Assembly: GCF_006345805.1 (NCBI RefSeq)
Contig: NW_021826391.1
Location: 1 to 13,005, forward strand
Length of the DNA: 13,005 nt
Direction of reading: 5' to 3'
DNA from: Octopus sinensis
Lineage: Eukaryota
Position 1 is the stretch's first letter. Every line of letters starts with the position of its first letter. Made by a program: the position numbers and the translations under genes. Below the pieces are notes generated by a model. The model worked only from the letters and a program-made list of their open reading frames with translations. It was not told the DNA's origin and did not search any database. Below, in pieces: positions 1 through 9,517 of the stretch.

Positions 1-357
1 ACAACAATAAAACAAAGAAAGAAGACCGGCGTCATCAAAATTGAAAGTTGTGTAATGAAAGATAAATTTAAACAAGGAATGAAAACCAAATATGGAAAAG
101 CATGGAAGGAAAAAATGCACAGTCAGTTTGCAAAAGATGTGAACGCGAAGAAAGATACTGAGCACCGGTGATTATGGATGAGAAGGAGTGACCCGAAGGT
201 AGAAACAGAAGCATTCATATGCGCAGCTCAAGAGCAAGCGTTAAGGACCAACTATATGAAGTGCAGAACAGACAACACTACCGACAGCGATAAATGAAGA
301 ATGTGTGGTGAAAAGGCGGAAACGGTATGGCACATCGTTTACGAATGTACGAAATTC
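1..357 (+). mobile_element. Degenerate non-LTR retrotransposon fragment (post-RT region plus CCHC zinc knuckle), R4/Dong-like RLE clade
   Basis: Frame +1 reads ...AWKEKMHSQFAKDVNAKKDTEHR*LWMRRSDPKVETEAFICAAQEQALRTNYMKCRTDNTTDSDK*RMCGEKAETVWHIVYEC. This matches the W-x-x-K-x-x-HGQF / ETE-x-x-I-x-AAQ(E/D)Q-x-L-x-T / CRxC...ETxxHIxxxC pattern of RLE-type LINE ORFs. TGA stops lie at 169-171 (probably from Trp) and 295-297 (replacing the first knuckle Cys). The fragment is cut at ~358 by a SINE, and the RLE domain is absent. Confidence 0.85.
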
Positions 358-587
358 ATGTCTTCATTGCGCACAGGGGGCTAAACATTCAGGGGGAAAA
401 CAGGGACAGATAAAGGGATTAAGTCGATTACATCGACCCTAGTGCGTAACTTGCACACATTTAATTGACCCCGAAAGGGTGAAAGGCAAAGTCGACTTCG
501 GTGGAATTTGAACTCAGAACGGAGCAACGGACATAATACCGCCAAGCATTTCGTCCATTGTACCAGTCATTCTGCCAGCTCATCACT

Positions 588-588
<1 letters not shown>
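358..588 (-). mobile_element. tRNA-derived SINE family A, tail type T2
   Basis: The minus strand has the head GAGCTGGCAGAAT... and B box GAGTTCAAATTCC, then the body GTCGACTTTGCCTTTCA.CCTTTCGGGGTC. The tail (plus strand TCTTCATTGCGCACAGGGGGCTAAACA) aligns with the copies at 7714 and 7931. Confidence 0.9.
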
Positions 589-626
<38 letters not shown>

Positions 627-645
627 TAATAATAATAATAATAAT
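589..645. repeat. (AAT)n microsatellite
   Basis: Near-perfect AAT run between two SINE A copies. Confidence 0.98.
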
Positions 646-851
646 CCTTTCTATTATAGGCACAAGGCCCAAAGCTTTGGGGAAGAGAACTAATCCATTA
701 CATCGACCCCAGAATTTCACTGGTGCTTAATTTATTGATCTCGATAGGATGAAAGGCAAAGTCGACCTCGGCAGAACTCAGAATGTAGAGACGGGCGAAA
801 CACTGTTAATCATTTTGTCAAGCGTGCTAACGATTCTACCACCACACCATC

Positions 852-852
<1 letters not shown>
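646..852 (-). mobile_element. tRNA-derived SINE family A, tail type T1
   Basis: Same body (ATGAAAGGCAAAGTCGACCTCGGC) as the other A copies, with a small deletion in the B box. The tail CCTTTCTATTATAGGCACAAGGCC matches the copy at ~7554 (CTTTTCTACTCTAGGCACATGGCC). Confidence 0.88.
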
Positions 853-911
<59 letters not shown>

Positions 912-921
912 TAATAATAAT
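853..921. repeat. (AAT)n microsatellite
   Basis: Near-perfect AAT run. Confidence 0.98.
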
Positions 922-1112
922 GCTTATTTTTGCCTTGAATTTCATTGAAATGGTATGCCCGATTAACTGAAGTTTTATTTCGGTCCGTAGTTATAAAATG
1001 GCTCTCGAAAAGGAATTCTTTTACACTTCTGCTAACACTTGTGCTCAATTGAATTTTATCTTTAAAGATTTATATTTGTGTACATGTATAAACGTATATT
1101 CGTGACCATATG

Positions 1113-1170
1113 TTGCATGTATGTGTGTGTGTGTGTGTGTGGTGTGTGTGTGTGTGTGTGTGTGTGTGGC
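1113..1170. repeat. (TG)n microsatellite
   Basis: Direct reading. Confidence 0.95.
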
Positions 1171-1442
1171 GTGTGCTGGGAAAGTATAATGCTTTACAGA
1201 AGTTCTGTTGTAATGAATGTCTTTCTCTTTGAGAAAATCGTTGCTAGGCTGATGAATTAATTGTATAACTCGGTTTCCTTGGTTAGAATTTCTTAACACG
1301 TTTTGTTAGCGTCCATTTTGTACATCCAGAAAGAACGCCTACTAAAATGAAACACTACCCGTTTGGGTAATATCATAGAATCAACAAATATGAATATAAT
1401 TCGTTATATTTTACGCTATGGCAAAGTAGAATTATAATGGCG

Positions 1443-1464
1443 TATATATATATATATTATATAT

Positions 1465-1500
<36 letters not shown>
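1443..1500. repeat. (TA)n microsatellite
   Basis: Direct reading. Confidence 0.95.
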
Positions 1501-1589
1501 ATCATAAGATATGTTATAATACTATTCCATAGCCATACCAACAATCCAACATACCTCCATCATCAGCTGCCCCACGGATATCATTATGG
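1501..1589 (+). repeat. Dispersed ~90-bp repeat, copy 1 (inverted partner at 5476-5569)
   Basis: Shares TGTTATAATACTATTC (16/16), AGCCATACCAACA (13/13) and CCAACATACC(T/G)CCATCATCAGCTGCCCCA(C/T)GGATATC (35/37) with the reverse complement of 5476-5569. Confidence 0.9.
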
Positions 1590-1827
1590 TTTCGACACAC
1601 ATGCATACACGCACAAGCACACATATATGTATACATATGCACATATATGTTAATGCTTCATTTTAGGCTTATTTAGAATAAAAACAATTTTATATTAATC
1701 TGTATGGTTAGTCTGTGCATTTGTAGAGTGCGAGTTTATTCTTAAACAATATTATAGTGGACAGTCACTTCGAAGTAACTTTGGCCTCAATGGCCTACTG
1801 CTCGAAGTTACTGTCGAGAATATTCGT

Positions 1828-1835
1828 GTATATAT

Positions 1836-1876
<41 letters not shown>

Positions 1877-2085
1877 GTTGTGTGGTGTGTGTGTATGTAT
1901 GTATGTACGTATGCATTATATTTGTTTGTATGTATGTATGTATATATATATGTGTATGTATGTATATGTATGTATGTATGTATGTATATTTGTGTGTGTA
2001 TATATATGCATACATACGGATATGTATATATATTTCTCTGTGTGTGTGTGTGTGTGTGTGTATAATGAGAGAGAGGAGAGAGACT
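1828..2085. repeat. Compound (TA)n/(TATG)n/(TG)n/(GA)n microsatellite
   Basis: Direct reading; it explains the overlapping YI/CV/HT-rich ORFs. Confidence 0.95.
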
Positions 2086-2707
2086 GATAGTAACATTTTT
2101 GCTATTGCCTTGTAAAATCAGTCGAAATTGATGCGTTTTAAGTGATATTTTGATTTCAAAAGTTGATACAACAGTGAATTCACAATAAATGAAAATCGCA
2201 TTGATCAGATTACCGAAGTTATATGGAGGGCAAAATAATCTTATCCAGAAACTAATAATATTTTGTTCGGTGCCAGATAAATTTCGAAAGGAAAAATTGG
2301 TCAAGAATAGATTATGTATATATATATATACAGATAAACATACATACACACGCACACATACACTCAGTCACATATATAGAGAGAGACAGAGAGATAGATA
2401 TACATATATACTTAAACATCTAGCTATCTATATACATTTATACGTACACACGCAAAATGGACAAAGACAACATAAGTGGTATTTATGCTTTATATGATGT
2501 ACACGTGTTTCAGAAAGCCTACCATTGTTAATTACATGAGCCTAAGGTTCTATTGTGTAACTAAATATAGCCGGTTGACTTCATCAGCGTTATGGGCATA
2601 CCATAGCCTATTAATTTCATAATGCGTCACGACTTCCGGAACAAATTTTGGAATATATATGTGATTACATTCATGAGGGTGTGTGACAGTGTGCCGCGTG
2701 AATGAAG

Positions 2708-2716
2708 TGGTGTGTG

Positions 2717-2778
<62 letters not shown>

Positions 2779-2785
2779 TGTGTGC
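2708..2785. repeat. (TG)n microsatellite
   Basis: Direct reading. Confidence 0.95.
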
Positions 2786-2828
2786 ATGTTTGTGCATATC
2801 ACTGTAACTGAGCAGATCGAACAAAACC

Positions 2829-2935
2829 AACCGATAAAATAAGTGCCGCAAATAAAATAAGTTCCAGGGTTGAATTCATCGAGGGAACACTTCAAGAACA
2901 GTGGTGAAGCATGACCGCAATCGGATGATTAAAAA
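2829..2935 (+). mobile_element. Degenerate SINE A 3' portion, tail type T3
   Basis: AACCGATAAAATAAGT...AGCATGACCGCAATCGGATGATTAAAAA aligns loosely with the reverse complement of 10432-10552 (AACCGATAGGATAAAGT...AGCATGGCCAATGTCCAATGACTGAAA). Confidence 0.5.
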
Positions 2936-2972
2936 TATATGATTATATATGTGTGTGTGTATGTGTTGTGTG

Positions 2973-3005
<33 letters not shown>

Positions 3006-3517
3006 TATGTCTACTTACATATAAGAAGAAAATATATTCAAAATAGGCGCACGCACGCAAACACACACACACATATATATGGGACCATGTACATACAGGC
3101 ATGTATGCACATATATACTGACTGCATAGAAACATATACAAACAAATAGATAGACAGATAGATAGATAGATAGATGATATATATATATATGTGTGTATGT
3201 ATATATTTATATATATACATTTATATCTGTATATATACATTTATGTAGATATATAGATATATATTTGTGCGTATATATGTATATATATCTGTGTGTGTAT
3301 GGAGATATTTATGTATGTATGTATTAAGCATTTATATATATATTATATATATATGTGTGTGTGTGTACGTATATGGATATACATTTACATATGTGTATGG
3401 CTATATATTATAATACATATAGAATACATATATAAATGAGCACACACGCGCGCTCTCGGACAGATATATATATACATATGTGTGTGCATGTGTGTGTGTG
3501 TGTGTGTGTGTGTGAGT

Positions 3518-3575
<58 letters not shown>
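2936..3575. repeat. Compound TA/TG/CA/TAGA microsatellite field
   Basis: Direct reading. Confidence 0.93.
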
Positions 3576-3577
<2 letters not shown>

Positions 3578-3929
3578 CGGATGTTAAATTTGATTAGCGG
3601 AAACATATGAAATCAATACCGTGGTAGACAAATCATGGTAATTCTGTTTAACGCAAATATAACTGCTTCAAAACAGAAAAGAAAAGAAAGAAAACGGACA
3701 ACAACAACAACAACATTCTCTTTCTGTTTCTCTTCATATTTTTCTTTCTTTGTTTTTCTTTCTTTTTTTTTGTTCCTAATCATCATCTAAATATCGATAT
3801 TACACACGATTTGTTGATTCATTTTTGTTCCAATAATAACTTCACACAAATACTTCAGAACAAGCTAAATAACCTAGGAGAGCAAGATTTTTTTTTTTTC
3901 AATTTTTTTTATACGTTTTTATAGTAACC

Positions 3930-4167
3930 TATCTCTTTATCCTTTCTGTTCTCTCTCTCACTTCTCTGTATCCTCCCCCTCTCTCTGTCTCACTCTGTCA
4001 CTCTTCTCTGTGTTTTCCTCCATCTCTCTGTCTGTCTGTCTCTCTCTATCTATCTCTCTCTGCCTCTCTAATTTTCTATCTATTTATATCTATATCTATG
4101 TCTATCTATTTTACATACTTCTCTCATGCTATTTCGCTGTTTCTTTCTCTATCTTGTTTTCTTTCTT

Positions 4168-4203
<36 letters not shown>

Positions 4204-4320
4204 CCTCTTGCTTTTCCATACTCCCTCATTCTCTTGACCTCTATTTCTCTTTATTTCTTTCCCTCTCTTATGACTGACTTCTCTCTGTATTCAGTTTTCG
4301 TTTGTGTCTGTCTCTCCGTT
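3930..4320. repeat. Degenerate (CT)n/(CTGT)n/(CTAT)n polypyrimidine tract
   Basis: Direct reading. Confidence 0.9.
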
Positions 4321-4381
4321 TCTGCGTGATGGTCCACATGAGTGTATGTATATATTTTGTGTGTGTGTACGTACATATATT

Positions 4382-4421
<40 letters not shown>

Positions 4422-4503
4422 TCGGATAGATACAGAAACACGCAAGCCCACGCTAACACACAAAACATACAAACCCTCACAAAAATATTTATCTATATAT
4501 GTA

Positions 4504-4831
4504 TTAGGGTGGATTGAATATAAAAAGAATTGTAGAAATTGAAAATGCCTGAGAGCTAAAATGTTGCCGTATATGATTACTACAAAAATACTAAATTTTC
4601 GCTGAGATCAATCAAGAACATTTACTCCCTCAAGCCTCCTAAACTATGAAAATAATCGATTTTTGTAATTTTTTTTTTTTACAATGCGGGAGTTTGGTGG
4701 GGTTTTAAGGACTAAATGCCCTTGACTGATCTAAGCAAAATTTTAGCATTTTTCTAGCAATAATATACAGCAACATTCAGGGTTCCGGGCATTTTCAGTT
4801 TTTACAATTTTTCATTTTCGCTCCACCTTAA
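4504..4831. mobile_element. MITE / fold-back non-autonomous DNA transposon with ~140-bp imperfect TIRs
   Basis: The left arm 4504-4645 matches the reverse complement of 4691-4831. In the core, 4561-4624 aligns with 11 mismatches in 64 nt. Termini are TTAGGGTGGA and TCCACCTTAA, the spacer is ~45 bp, and there is no coding capacity. Confidence 0.88.
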
Positions 4832-4854
4832 ATTACACAATCATACGTATGCTG

Positions 4855-4892
<38 letters not shown>

Positions 4893-5084
4893 GAAATGAG
4901 GTACTCAGAAAATCGGATGGTTTGTATTTACAGATATTTATTTGTATATTACATTTTTTATATATCATATAACTTAGATCATGTATTAGCGCTTTCTCCC
5001 ATTCTAGTGGGGTTTTCAAATCAAACTAAGTTCCTGTGTGAGGAGTTCTGACCATTTTATAGTTGTATTGAGTTTGTAGTGGTG

Positions 5085-5100
5085 ATATATATATATATGT

Positions 5101-5154
<54 letters not shown>
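5085..5154. repeat. (TA)n(TG)n microsatellite
   Basis: Direct reading. Confidence 0.95.
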
Positions 5155-5155
<1 letters not shown>

Positions 5156-5475
5156 TCTTTGTTGTAGTTTAATTTTAAAGCTAGGGTTTCATCCTACCTA
5201 TATTTAGATTGAATGAATCTGGTTGTTAAGCTTTCGCTTTTATATTATAATATGGAAGACAGTAGGGAAAATATATTTTTCGTATGACTTAAACGATTGG
5301 TTGCTGTTTGGTTCCGTATTTAGCAGTTGGTTATAGATTTACTTATTGCATATACTTACCGATACTGTTATACATAGGGTAAATGTCTTTTTGAAAGTTA
5401 TGGATTCTTTGGTATGTTTGTTCCCAAACAACGCTTATTTTAGTGCCATTGACACCGTCAGATTGAATGGTACTG

Positions 5476-5569
5476 CCAATAAGGATATCCATGGGGCAGC
5501 TGATGATGGCGGTATGTTGGTATGGCTGTTTTGTATATGTAGAATAGTATTATAACACATCCTATTGAT
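5476..5569 (-). repeat. Dispersed ~90-bp repeat, copy 2
   Basis: The reverse complement aligns to 1501-1589 with two short indels. It is followed by (TA)n at 5579-5611. Confidence 0.9.
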
Positions 5570-5577
5570 ATGTATAT

Positions 5578-5611
<34 letters not shown>

Positions 5612-5613
<2 letters not shown>

Positions 5614-5872
5614 GAGCAAACCCCCCCCCCACCGTCCAAACATTTAAACCAAATTTTCTCAAAACAATTTGTCCGCTCAAAACAATATGCACGTTCCCAC
5701 GGTTTTATTGATCGCATTCTCACCTGGAATCGATTTTTATAATTTTTTCAAGACTTATACACGCCCTGATACCGACGGTATTTGCATACCAAATTTGAGC
5801 GCAATCGGATGGCGGAAACCCGAGATCCTAGAAGACACTCACACAGACCGACAGAACGATTTTATATAATAT

Positions 5873-5876
<4 letters not shown>
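5612..5876 (+). mobile_element. Probable non-autonomous Helitron-type element (DINE-1/Lep1-like architecture)
   Basis: Contains CATACCAAATTTGAGCGCAATCGG, then GAGATC, an ACAGACCGACAGA micro-repeat and TTTTATATAATATATA. This order is typical of the 3' region of DINE-1/Lep1-like elements. It lies between two (TA)n tracts. Called by motif recall only. Confidence 0.45.
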
Positions 5877-5909
<33 letters not shown>

Positions 5910-5910
5910 C

Positions 5911-6071
5911 GACGGTCTTCTTTCAGGTTCCGTCTACCAAATCTATTCACAAGGCTTTAGTTGGCATGTGGCTATAGTAGAAGACACTTGTCCAAGATGC
6001 CATGCAGTGGGACTGAACCCGGAACCATGTGGTTGGGAAGTAAGCTTCTTGCCGCTCAGCCTCACCTGCCC
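5911..6071 (-). mobile_element. tRNA-derived SINE family B (CORE-like), copy 1
   Basis: The minus strand has an A-box-like AGGCTGAGCGG, B box GGTTCAGTCCC (6009-6019) and CORE-like CATCTTGGACAAGTGTCTTCT. Its 3' end abuts (TA)n. Homologous to 7017-7172 and 10688-10830. Confidence 0.88.
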
Positions 6072-6099
6072 TTATGCTTCTTTTAAGTCTGGTATATTT

Positions 6100-6714
6100 G
6101 TTATCGACCCTCTGTTTGGCGAAACGCAAAGAAAATATGTATTTAAAATATGTAATTATATCGAGGGGAGAGAAGGCGAAACGGGAAACGATTCATAAAC
6201 AAGCGGCCATTTTAGTGAACAACGTGTAAAAAGGAAATTTCAACGTGCGTTGTTTACAGTGACCAGAACAAACGATAGGATCTCTTAGAATAATAAGCAA
6301 ACTACCAAGCTGACGTGAAAGGTTGGCTGTTATGAAGAAAGCATTAGAGAACGGCGAGCTTTAAACGATGAAACTGTTTAAACGTTAATGCAAATAAAGG
6401 TTGTTATATTTACGTCATGTAGTTGAAATGTCAGGAAGATGCTAAATTTTTCACGTAGTTAATTAGCAGACTTGGATACGCCACTAGTGGCTTCTTCAAA
6501 GTGGGATTTTTTTTAGTGACTAAGTCGTGATTTTATTTACTGTTTTGTATTTGTATTACATAGCTGTATCTCCTCTATTGACAACAAGCGAGAAAGAAAT
6601 ACTGATGTGATGTCTGGAAAATCCACCTATGTTTGAGTTCAGTCTAGAGGTAAAGTTAGAAAAACTACGAAGTATGTTCGTGGGCGAGGCAAGTCAACGG
6701 TAGCTTCTCTCGCA

Positions 6715-6755
<41 letters not shown>

Positions 6756-6765
6756 CGCGGTAAGT
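6100..6765 (+). promoter_or_regulatory. Candidate promoter / non-coding first exon ending at a 5' splice donor
   Basis: Unique, CpG-retaining stretch with YY1-like GCGGCCATTTT (6203-6213), FOX-like TGTTTAC (6251-6257), CRE-like TGACGTGA (6311-6318) and TTACGTCA (6410-6417), and octamer ATGCAAAT (6388-6395). These precede (CT)n at 6716-6752 and CG|GTAAGT at 6760-6765. Short motifs can occur by chance. Confidence 0.3.
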
Positions 6766-6906
6766 CTATTTTCTTATTACTCATTTTCTTAACAATTTCT
6801 GTTAAAACGAAGTTGTGGACGAGTAGATGGACAACAAAAATATTTGATAATATATATTAAGCCATTTACCGCCAATATTTCCCAACAATATATCTTCATC
6901 TTCCAA

Positions 6907-6990
6907 GACGAGCTGACAGGTCTTTAGTATGCTGGTCAAAATGCTTAGCGGCATTTCGTCCGTCCATAGTTTCGGAGTTCGAATTCAGCC
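6907..6990 (+). mobile_element. SINE A tRNA-like head only
   Basis: GACGAGCTGACAG...AAATGCTTAGCGGCATTTCGTC...GAGTTCGAATTC matches the head of the minus-strand A copies. It is truncated at a (CA)n run. Confidence 0.8.
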
Positions 6991-7016
6991 CACACACACA
7001 CACAAGCACGCACAAA

Positions 7017-7172
7017 CGACGGATTTCTTTAATTTTCCGTCTACCGAATTTGCACATAAGTCTTTGCTCAGATCGAGGCTACACTAAAAGATAGTTCAAA
7101 ATGTCACACAGTGGGACTGAACCCGGGGCCATATGACTGGGAAACAAACGCCTGACCACTGAGCCACGACTG
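7017..7172 (-). mobile_element. SINE family B, copy 2 (degenerate)
   Basis: Shares CGACGG...TTCCGTCTACC and CAGTGGGACTGAACCCGG (B box 7113-7123) with copy 1. Confidence 0.82.
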
Positions 7173-7548
7173 AGCAGTTAACTGTTGCTGAGTAAACCGT
7201 TAAATCCTTCTTAGTACTGTCTATATCTATTTGTGTGTATGTGTGTGTGTGTGTACAGGTCTGTGTATGTGTGCATAGATGCGTTTGAGTGTGCGAAGGA
7301 CTCTCCTGTAAATATCAATGTCTAGGTGTTTAATTAACCGGACGACCTTAACTATGATATAGCGTGCGTGGGGGCTGAGTATTTCGCGGACATGTATCCC
7401 ATAAAAGTAATTTTGAAATGAAATTAACAAGACACGGTGTTGTGGGTTATGGATACAATCAGTCTTAGGTAATGGACTTCCACGCAGTTTGCAGCTGCGT
7501 AAATTCACTCACCGAAGCTTGGGTCAAGATATTTATCCGTGACTCCAC

Positions 7549-7713
7549 ATAATCTTTTCTACTCTAGGCACATGGCCTGAAATTTTGGGAGAGGGAGCCA
7601 GACGATTAGATCGACCCCAGTACGCAACTGGTACTTATCGACGCCGAAAGGCTGAAAGGCAAAGTCGACCTCGGTGGAATTTGAGCTCAGAACGTAGTGG
7701 TAGACGAAATACC
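7549..7713 (-). mobile_element. SINE A, tail T1, 5'-truncated
   Basis: T1 tail plus the shared body, ending at GACGAAATACC. Confidence 0.88.
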
Positions 7714-7930
7714 TATTTTTTTACTACCAACAAGGGGCTAAATACAGAGAGGACAAACAAGGACAAGCAAACGGATTAAGTCGATTACATCGACTCCTGT
7801 GCGAAAATGGGTCTTAATTTTTTGACGGCGAAATGATGAAAGGCATAGTCAACCTCGGCGGAATTTGAACTCAGAACGTAAAGGCAGACGAAATACCGCT
7901 AAGCGTTTCGCCCGGCATGCTAACGTTTCT
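7714..7930 (-). mobile_element. SINE A, tail T2, missing the extreme 5' end
   Basis: T2 tail CAAGGGGCTAAA...GGATTAAGTCGATTACATCGAC, the shared body, and a head extending to GCTAACGTTTCT. Confidence 0.9.
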
Positions 7931-8165
7931 AATTTCTTTATTGCCCACAAGAGGCTAAACATAGAGGGGACAAACAAGAACAGACAAAGGGATTAAGTCG
8001 ATTAGATCGATCCCGGTGCGTAACTGGTACTTAATTTATCGACGGCGAAATAATGAAAGGCAGAGTCAACCTCGGCGGAATTTCAACACAGAACGAAATA
8101 CGACACAGACGAAATACGACTGCGCATTTCGCCCGGCGTGATATCGTTTCTGGTAGCTAGCTGCC
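7931..8165 (-). mobile_element. SINE A, tail T2, near full length
   Basis: AATTTCTTTATTGCCCACAAGAGGCTAAAC tail, the shared body, and a head extending to GTAGCTAGCTGCC. Confidence 0.9.
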
Positions 8166-8682
8166 ATGACTCTATATAGTGGAAAAGAACCTGGAACCAC
8201 CAATCAGCCACTTTCAGATTCTCGGTCCATATGTAACTGCATAAGTACTGCTCTTTCCTAACCTGAAAGTTAAAGTAGTTCACGTCTAACAACTTTATTA
8301 ATTAAATTATGCGCGTAAAGTGAGTAATTATGTGTTAGTAGGTCTCTGGGTCGCTGAATGTTATCAGTGTGTATTGCAAGAACAACCAAAAGGTAAAACT
8401 ATTTGGAACTGTAAGTACTGTGATGAATTTTGTTTTAAAACCGCATTTAACGTTAATCCTTTTCTTTTGTGTTTTTTTTTCTTTTTTTTTTTTTTGATAA
8501 TTCTGAATATCAAGCGAGTGAAATAAACTATCAAAAGTGAAGCTGAGAATTCTTCAGATATCTTTGCGAATTAGAAGAATGGATTAGGTTTTTTGCAAAA
8601 ACAAAAACAAAAAACAAAAACAAAAAGAACAAATGGATGAATGGTGCGCTCTCTTAGTCTGATTGAGCACTACAATGGAGTA

Positions 8683-9020
8683 TGATGACGATGACGACGA
8701 CGAAGATGACAATTATGATGAGGATAAGGAAGATGACGATGATGATGATGATGATGATGTCGACGATGATGGCGACGATGGTGTTGATGATGATGATGAT
8801 GATCATCATCATCATCATCATCGTTATCATGGTCAAGAGCATGATGATGATGATCATGACCATGGCGATTGCTGTTATTGCTGATTGTGATGACGACGAC
8901 GCCGATGACCGACGCCGATGACGACGACGACTGCGACAATGATGATGATGATGATGATGATGACGGTGACGATGAAGTCGATGATGAAGATGGTGAGGAT
9001 CAAGATGAAAATAATGATGA
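8683..9020. repeat. Compound (GAT)n/(GAC)n/(CAT)n trinucleotide repeat
   Basis: Direct reading; source of the poly-D, poly-M and poly-H ORFs. Confidence 0.95.
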
Positions 9021-9034
9021 AAACATATGTTCAT

Positions 9035-9274
9035 GTGTGCGTATATATGTATGTCTGTGTGTGTATGTGTGTGTGTGTGAGAGAGAGAGAGAGAACGTAT
9101 GTTTCTGTACTTGGCTGTGTGTGTGTGTGTGTGTGTGTGTAATCAAACCGTTAGATTATACTCAAGTCTTTTAATCATGGAAGCTGTGCAAGATAAATTA
9201 TTCCTGAATTCTAGACACGGACGTAATCGACTGACATCACAATTTGGACTCGAAGTTCTTCTGCCCACTCCCAC

Positions 9275-9310
<36 letters not shown>

Positions 9311-9471
9311 CGCCCCCACACTTACACTCCCAAACTCTCCTACGCTCTCCCATTCTCTCTCATTCTCTCTCTCCCTCTCTTGTCTCACTTTCGTTCTCAC
9401 TCTCACTGATTATAAACACTACGCTGTACCTTATATATGTGTGCGAGGTGTATATACATGTATATTATATA

Positions 9472-9517
<46 letters not shown>

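Noticed and set aside
1774-1812. Stem-loop AGTAACTT...AAGTTACT
   Set aside because: An 8-bp stem is expected by chance in 13 kb of AT-rich DNA.
6560-6670. Minus-strand acceptor with branch-like CTAAC and polypyrimidine tract ending at 6644
   Set aside because: No convincing donor or recognisable open peptide follows.
6907-6990. Possible tRNA gene (A and B boxes)
   Set aside because: No cloverleaf, and it matches the SINE A head.
7478-7527. Short match to a family-B-like tail (CTTCCACGCAGTTT...AAATTCACTCAC)
   Set aside because: Too short and degenerate to call from this window alone.
358-8165. Recurrent GAAAGGCAAAGTCGACCTCGG units as a CRISPR-like array
   Set aside because: Spacing is irregular, the units are SINE bodies, and the context is eukaryotic with no cas genes.
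8320-8526. Cys-rich ORF (CYQC...WNCKYCDEFCF) resembling a piggyBac cysteine-rich domain
   Set aside because: Cys/His spacing is incomplete, there is no upstream transposase sequence or ATG, and the ORF ends in a poly-T run.
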